64,000 nt of DNA from the NCBI GenBank assembly GCA_964019335.1, contig OZ025659.1:248001-312000 (forward strand), in the 5' to 3' direction. This DNA is from Diplonema japonicum. Taxonomy: Eukaryota > Protista > Euglenozoa: Diplonemea. The position numbers and the translations under genes were made by a program. The notes beneath the pieces are model-generated. The model was not told the origin of the DNA. It saw nothing but the letters and a program-made list of their open reading frames with translations, and did not search any database. Below, piece by piece: positions 57,483-64,000 of the stretch (position 1 is the first letter of the stretch; each line of letters opens with the position of its first letter).

Positions 57483-59515
57483 TTAAATGCCTTCTTCAAG
57501 CAACCAACTAAACACATGCGTCACGCTGATATAACCGCAGACGCTGTCATTCTCATCAACAGCAACAAGAACGTGTACCTGTATTGTGGAATTTGTTAAA
57601 TATGTCACATCCACACACCCCCGAGGATCCAAGATGCCTCATCACCTCGCAAAGCGTATCATCTGGCGAGAAGGCGAACACGGCGTGTCTCGGCCTCGTG
57701 GCAATGGCGGAGGCAAGGCTCAACTCGGTGTCGTAGGTGCCGTCCTGCTCGATGAACATGACGTCGGAACGTGTAAAGACATCTAGGCACCGCCTCTGCG
57801 AGTCGACAATAGGGAGGCAGTGCACCTTCTTCTGCATCAGGGACGACAGAACCTCGTGCACCTTAGTCTCTAGCGTGCAGGTCGGTGTGTTGTTGTCGTA
57901 GCACCCTATCCCCAAGTCCTTCACTCCATAGCTCAACAGTTGCATCCAGTCGCTGTCTGACTCCAGATTGTGCAGTTTTTGTAGAACCACATTCAGCATT
58001 GTTGTATATGTGAGTACTGATATGACCTCCCCTGCTTGCGACACTACGGGTATTCTTTTTATCCTGTTTGTGTACAGTGCCTTCAGGACTTCGCCCAGAT
58101 CCTTGTCGAGCCGTATGTAGATAAGCTCTTTCTTGTTGGTTCTGCTGTCGCGCTGCATCCTCTCGTCGTCCCTCCACAGTCTGATTGATCTATTTTGCAG
58201 TTCGATGATGGATTCTCCGGATTCGCGGGTTCTGAGGAGGATTGTGATGTAGTCGGTGACAGTCATCATCCCAGCGTGTGTGTTTGTCATGGGGTCCCAG
58301 AGGATCCCGCAGGGGACTTTGTTCTCGAGGGCGGAAACGAAGGCTGTCCGCAAAGGGAGGTTGATGTCCACGATCACGATCTGAGTGGAGGAGAGCATTG
58401 CGTCGTAGCACGTCTTTGTCTTGAAGAACCGCAGCATCTCTTCTGCAAGCTTTGTCTTCACCGTCTTCACCTCTTGCGCCCCGCCCAGCGTCCTTCGCTC
58501 CTTCCTCACTGGCTTCGCGTACTTCAGTTCTATCGATTCATAGTTAATGTTCACTGTTTCCTGCAACTCAAGGCTCCGAAGGTACGACCCTCCACCAAGC
58601 GAGAATGCCCCAGATGCCTTTTTTTTTATCGTTGTTTGGATTTGGTTGTTTTTTTTTTTTTTATTTCACTCTTCAGAAATTACTTCACGCACTGGGGGGC
58701 CCATTACTTCACGCTAAATCTCATTACTTCACGCTAAATCTCATTACTTCACGCTAAATCTCATTACTTCACGGTGAAATAATGGCCTGTTTTCCGTGAA
58801 GTAATAGGGGGTTTCCGTTAAATAATATGCCTCGGTAGGCCAATTTTTGCCTCGGTTCGGTTCCCAGTGGGGCTACTTTTTCCTCTCAGTTTGCTATTTC
58901 CCCCCAGGTTCAGCTCAATTGGCCAACTTTTGCCTCGGCTCAGTTCCAAGTTGGACTACTTTTTCCTCCCAATTTGCCCACTTTTGGCTAGGCCTTGTTC
59001 CCAGTTTCTGGGGGTAACTCTTCTGTGGGTAAGGGTAACTTAGTCAGCTTACCCAAGCTCCCCAAATGACTTCAAAATACCGAAGCAGCAGAAAAAAAGG
59101 AGCCAGCGGCCGTGCCAGGTATGGGAAGGCCTGATTAGAGATGGTGACAGTGGCAATGCAGCGACAGCGGCAGCTCTTAGTCAACAAAAGGAGGGAAAAC
59201 AACTTGTATTGTAACCTTTGTAACCCCTCTCTTGTTGTACCCCTTGTCACCCTGTTGTGCCCCTCGTGGTGAAGTAATTTCTGAGTGTCGTGAAATAAAA
59301 CCACTTACCTACCGCCAAGTAATGCTTTACCGACCTCGAGGTAACGGTAAAGTCATTACTTGTTGGCAGTAAATAGCTATTCTTTTTTTTCTTTACCTGT
59401 TCCACCCCCAGACTGTTTTCCGTACCCCCGATTGCTATGGGGACTGTGTGCCTGTGAGTATTTGTTTTTTTCCCCTTCCACTCATTATGTAAATGTCAAT
59501 CTCATACCCTTCCAT
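57483..59515 (-). CDS. AMPK gamma/SNF4-like four-CBS-domain protein (~385 aa); introns 59452-59507, 58618-59396, 57579-57618
   Basis: FFKTKTCYDAM..S.QIVIVDINLPLRTAF..L.EN.....ILWD......GMMTVTDYITIL; IKRIPVV; HCLPIVD; last exon VHVLVAVDENDSVCGYISVTHV restored by a 40-nt intron. The 5' exons are less certain. Confidence 0.85.
58659..59376. mobile_element. Non-autonomous element with subterminal inverted repeats, internal tandem repeats and terminal hairpin, inside CBS-gene intron
   Basis: ttttatttcac..tcagaaattacttcac (58659-58688) inverted at 59269-59300; hairpin caagtaatgctttaccg / cggtaaagtcattacttg 59316-59362; ~58-bp direct repeat at 58839 and 58921. Confidence 0.7.
58702..58773. repeat. 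20-bp tandem repeat (cattacttcacgctaaatct) x3.5
   Basis: Three exact units plus a partial fourth, with no spacers. Confidence 0.95.
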
Positions 59516-60126
59516 GGTTTTTTTTTTTTTTCTCTTCTTTTTTTACCCCCCTTTTTTTTTGTCCTTTTTTTTTGCAAGGTGTTGGTGAATAAGAAGAGAG
59601 AAAGGAAAAATATAAAAAAATATTTCTTAAAAAAAAAAATAATAAAACAGGAGCACAGCCTTGTGATCCTCCAGGCGAAACATGTTATATCGAAGAAAGA
59701 GAAAGGGAAGGGTCACCATCGACAGTAACAAGGCTTAAGCTATCATAATTCTTGTTTTTTTGTAATATTCTTTTGTTTTTTTTTTTTTTTTTGTTACCGC
59801 GATCACAGGAGCAAAGTTATTTCTTTTTTAGGGAGAAGATAAAAAGAGGGGAGGGAGAAAAAAGAAGGGGGGGGGGGGAAACGTTAATGAGGCTGGAGGA
59901 AGAGGGTTTGCTTTGCTATTTTTTTTATAAAACATCGTACATCCCACAAGAAAAAAGAGGGGGGGAAACCCCCCCGAACATTTAAAACAAAAAAAAAGAG
60001 TCTTGAAAATCCACATTATATCTAATGTAAAGTACGCGAGATTTTCTTTCCAAATAAATTTCCCTTCCCCCCATCCGGGTTTTGCAAACACTTTGTTCTT
60101 TTCTTTTCTTTTTTTTTTAAAAAAAA

Positions 60127-61227
60127 CTACGCACTGGAAGCAGTAGTAGTGGCGAGGGGGGCCTTCCCAGGTTTAAAACCGTTCTGGAGAGCATCCTTGA
60201 AGGGGTAGTCAGGGTGCATGGAGGTGTCCTCCCACAGAAGGAATTGCCAGCCGATATTCATTTCGGAGATCTTATTCAAATCATCGTTGTCCAACTCAAA
60301 GTCCCACACCTCCCCATTTGACACGACCCTCTCATGTGTGATGGACTTGGGAACAGCAGACACTTTGCGTTGAATGTGCCACCTGACAACTACCTGTGCG
60401 GGGGTTCTGCCGTGCTTGGCAGCGATGGCACCAATGGTGGGGTTCCCAAGGACTGGCGTGGGGTCGGTGTTTTTCTTGTAACACGATGGTCTGTCTGCAG
60501 ACCCCAATGGCGAGAACGCCTGCACGACCACATCGTTGTGTTGGCAGAAATCGACAAAATCCTTCTGCTGGAAGTAAGGGTGGATCTCGTTCTGCACCAC
60601 GCAGAGCGGGTGCTTCTTTGCTTCATTGATGCACTCTTGCACCTGCTGTTTGTTGAAATTGGACACTCCAAGGGACCTCACCCACCCCAAATCCACCATC
60701 TCCTCCATCGCATGGTACGTTTCGATGTAATGCGACTCGTTATCGCTGCAGTACAGACCGTCCTTGTCAAGCGGGAACATCCAAATACCGCCTTCAGGCC
60801 TTTCGTCGGTGTAAAGACCGGGGAAAGCGCCGGATTTTCTGATACCAGGGAGAGCGCCCGTGGGGTGGGAGGGGCAGGCTTGCGGCCAGTGGATGATGAA
60901 GCTGTCGACGTAGTCCATCTGAAGGTCCTCGAGTGTCTTCTTGATGTCGATGAAGGCGTTCTCGCGCCTGTGGTTCCCGTTCCACAGCTTGCTCTGGATG
61001 AAGAGATCCTCCCTCTTCACCTCGTTATTGTCGATGAGCTCCTTGATGGCAGAACCTATCTCATGCTCGTTGTTGTAGTCGTTTGCAGTGTCGATCATCC
61101 TGTACCCAGACCTGATGGCAGACTTTACCGCCTCGCCTGTTTTGCCATGCGGTGACTTCCAGGTACCAAGCCCCACAAGGGGGTAAAGGAGACCGTTGGC
61201 CATCGGCACACATCTGCTCGGGTTCAT
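60127..61227 (-). CDS. Aldo-keto reductase
   Basis: GLGTWKS, GYRMIDTANDYNNE (D, Y), REDLFIQSKLW (K), IIHWP (H), LGVSNF, QNEIHPY, AFSPLGS, VPKS. Start at MNPSRCV. Confidence 0.95.
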   Translation of the reverse strand: MNPSRCVPMANGLLYPLVGLGTWKSPHGKTGEAVKSAIRSGYRMIDTANDYNNEHEIGSAIKELIDNNEVKREDLFIQSKLWNGNHRRENAFIDIKKTLEDLQMDYVDSFIIHWPQACPSHPTGALPGIRKSGAFPGLYTDERPEGGIWMFPLDKDGLYCSDNESHYIETYHAMEEMVDLGWVRSLGVSNFNKQQVQECINEAKKHPLCVVQNEIHPYFQQKDFVDFCQHNDVVVQAFSPLGSADRPSCYKKNTDPTPVLGNPTIGAIAAKHGRTPAQVVVRWHIQRKVSAVPKSITHERVVSNGEVWDFELDNDDLNKISEMNIGWQFLLWEDTSMHPDYPFKDALQNGFKPGKAPLATTTASSA

Positions 61228-62245
61228 TTTCTTTTTTTTTTTTCTTTTTTGCCCTTCACAAAAAAAAAAAAAAAAAAAAAAAATGTCGGGAATTTTTGTC
61301 AGGTTATTATTATCCCCCTCCCCCCTGCGTGCCCAGGCCAATTTTGCACTATTTAAGAACCCGAACCTATAAAATACCCGATTGGTATCGGTATAACTTG
61401 CAGGCTATGACACACTGTAAAAAAAGCGTAGGGGTCTTCTATACCCCCGCGTCGAGATGGGGTTCAGAAACACAAAATACGACCCTCGGGGACCATGGGC
61501 ATGGGTTACTTAACAGCCAAAGCCCACCCCCAATTTTGGTGAATTCTGCGCCTTGCCTGCTCTTACAACACGAGCAGTCCGTGGTGGCAGGAACGTCTGG
61601 AGACAAAAATTCTCCCAAAATCCCACCCAAAATCGAAAAATCCCAAAAAATCTATTAAAATAACGGGTACGTACCAATAAGATTATGGGCCTTTTTTTTT
61701 GCGTTATGGGATTTGATACCTGGTATTTTAAAATATCTATTGATAACATTATAACGTGTATGCTGGTGTGTGGAAAAGAAAATGAGAATAAAAAAGATCG
61801 GAGGGGGGGGGGGGGGACAAGAACCGAATTTATTTTTCTAACCCTTACAAGACGAGAGAAATCCATTAAAAAAATCAAAAAAAAATCAAAAGAAAAGAAT
61901 CATTTATAGACTTCAAACATCCTCGAGCACGCAACCATAGGAAAAGCACTTAGCAGCCAAAGGAGAGGACAACATCCAATTGAGGTACAAATAAATCGCA
62001 TAAAATGCAGTCCCTGTACGCAAGTGGGCGTAAAGTGCAGGAGAAGGCCTTTCCAATTTTTCTTTTTGAAAGCCGATTAATCAGCTCCCGTCTTCTAAGG
62101 GTTAATTGCTTTTCTTTTTCTGAGAAAAAAAAAGGAAACCGGGGGGATGACCCGACAGACAGTGAGGGGAAAAGGCACCTTTAAAAAAAGGGGGGACCAG
62201 AACCCTCAGTGTCCCTGAAACAAAAGGCCTTGTGACTTCTTTCGT

Positions 62246-62533
62246 GGGGGGGGGGGGGGGGGGGCATATATGGTCGATAAAGTCACTTTTTCAGTTTTGC
62301 CAAAGAATGTGCCTAACCTATGAAAGTGAAAAAACAAAGTTTTGGGTACCCAATCCGATTTTTTACACCCAGAACCCCGTTTTTCACCTTTCCTAGGTTG
62401 TTGGACACATTCTTTGACAAAACTAAAAAAAGTGACTTATCGACCACATATGACCCCCCCCCCCCCCTAGGGCAATGTTGGCAAGGAAACGCGTTTCCCC
62501 GTTTCTTGCCAACATTGCCCTGGGGGGGGGGGG
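62246..62533. mobile_element. Fold-back MITE (62246-62467) with G/C-run termini plus adjacent perfect hairpin (62470-62520)
   Basis: ~85-bp arms catatatggtcgataaagtcacttttt..caaagaatgtg versus cacattctttg..aaaaagtgacttatcgaccacatatg; second hairpin gggcaatgttggcaa/ttgccaacattgccc. Confidence 0.8.
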
Positions 62534-63617
62534 TTCACAAAATATCAAAATTTGAAAATCGATCATTCCCGTGTTTTGACCCCCCTCTTTATTTTATTTT
62601 ATTTTTTTTTACCACATGCCTGCTTTTTGGGCAGCTTTCTTGGTATTCTCAGCAACCTACAAGGATGCAACAATTCTATTATTTTATGGTATTCTTTTTT
62701 TCTTTTTTTTCCTTTTATTCTTCCCAACCCCTCTCTATTCTATATCCCGGTTGCATAGGTGTATCTCTCTTGCACCTTACCACATCCCGATGCACCGCAG
62801 CAAACGAGTGTCCCCCAAAAAAAAGTGGCTTGCCCGTGTGTGCATACGGATGCCAAAGATATTTTTTTTTGTTGCCAACAGTTTTTTATTCTTCTTCTTA
62901 ATGCGTATTTCCTTTTTTAATTTTTTTTTTCTCAGGTAGTTTTCATTTCACGCACTTAACTGGCACCAATACAATCACTCCTATAAAACTTCGGCAAGGT
63001 ATACCGAAGTTTTTCAAAGGCGAAAGTACCACCAAATCTGATTTGGGCCCTTATTTGGGTCCCTTACACGGGGCTACGCACCAGTGTCACTGTGGTCCCT
63101 GAGATGACGGGAGAATGAAGGAAGAAAGGAAAGAAGAGCAACAGAGATATAAAAGGAGAAGGGATTGTTTGTGTTTCTGTATGTACAGCCGGGTGCAGTT
63201 TTAGAGAAAAAATATAAAAAAAGAGGAGGAAAAGAAAAAGAGAAACAGAAGAAAAAAGAGCTTGGAAAGGGGCTTTTTTTCTCCTTTTTTTCTGATTTTT
63301 CCCACTCTTTCTTTGTGTGGTCATCTTAAAGCAGACTTTATGAAAGAAAAAAAAACACGATGACTCACCCCATGCTTTTTTTATGCTTTTTTTTTTTTTT
63401 TTTTTTCCCTTTTCTTTTTAATTGGAACGGGAACAGGGGAGGAGAGAAAAAAAAACGGAATGGGGGCTAATGCCAGGGAGGGGAGTGAGGGGGAACCGAA
63501 ACAATTAAACCTAAAAGAAATAGAATTAGACGGCATGCGGCCCGGCACGCACAAACGGGAGAGCACGAAGGAGGACACATGCTGTTGGTACATTACTTTC
63601 ACAGGGCACGTGTGCTA

Positions 63618-64000
63618 TTACGTGGACTGGACAACAGGAGGTGTACTAGGGGAGGGCAGTGGAGATGCAGGGGTATGCTCGGACATGGCGTTTTCCTCAT
63701 CCGTGCCGAAGTTAGAGTTGCATTGCGTGCTTGTGGTAGAGACGTAGTTGGGGTCCAGCACAGTGGGCGTGTCCCAACGTGAGAGGCCCGTAGCCCTGTT
63801 GTAGTAGTAGGGCCGCCCATCATTTGACACAACTTCCCAAGAGTGCTTGTCTGCCACCGTCCCTGCCACTGGCATGTACGGGTCGTAAGCGGGAGTCTCC
63901 ATCTCCGGGTGTGTGTGTGTGCTGTTGTACGGCTCTGTCCCGCCGATGGAGCTTTGCGCTGCCGAGCGCGACTGGCTTCTCTTCTTCTTTTTCTTCATTT
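63618..64000 (-). CDS. 3' part of a WW-domain protein (5' end outside window)
   Basis: HSWEVVSNDGRPYYYNRATGLSRWDTP matches the WW consensus. Confidence 0.8.
   Translation of the reverse strand, partial: MKKKKKRSQSRSAAQSSIGGTEPYNSTHTHPEMETPAYDPYMPVAGTVADKHSWEVVSNDGRPYYYNRATGLSRWDTPTVLDPNYVSTTSTQCNSNFGTDEENAMSEHTPASPLPSPSTPPVVQST

Noticed and set aside
58702-58773. CRISPR array
   Set aside because: Contiguous tandem units without spacers, eukaryotic context, no cas genes.
2137-59507. Non-canonical (non GT-AG) euglenid/marine-diplonemid-type introns
   Set aside because: Every intron needed to restore a reading frame could be placed with GT-AG ends.
61320-61700. Possible additional transposon remnant upstream of the AKR gene
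   Set aside because: Composition differs from spacers, but no terminal repeats or coding similarity could be identified.

Overview
Eukaryotic nuclear DNA, most likely a euglenozoan (diplomenid-like; inference). About 26 protein genes are all on the minus strand. They are separated by homopolymer-rich spacers and interrupted by short GT-AG introns (mostly 36-62 nt, GTATG donor consensus, usually A-rich rather than pyrimidine-rich at the 3' end). Recognisable genes: two near-identical eEF2 copies, RPS14, calcineurin A, a plant-type UDP-xylose 4-epimerase, an actin-like protein, a PPR protein, KDSR, a MAP3K-like kinase, an AMPK-gamma-like CBS protein, an aldo-keto reductase, a Cys-less pentameric ligand-gated channel and a C2-pseudometacaspase. 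Highlights not evident from the ORF track: (1) a spliced 109-aa gene with an in-frame TGA in a CxxU motif and an N-terminal MGGC acylation signal, a candidate novel membrane-anchored Rdx/SelW-like selenoprotein; (2) three genes built from an unrecognised Trp-rich module bounded by phase-0 introns, one ending in a K-Ras-like polybasic CaaX tail; (3) a 2271-aa surface protein with 17 bacterial-type cadherin-like repeats; (4) intronic elements with subterminal inverted repeats plus a hairpin (one carrying a tRNA-like Pol III cassette), a long-TIR DNA transposon relic and a related MITE. All exon/intron models were built by hand from GT-AG junctions and reading-frame continuity and need RNA-seq confirmation.
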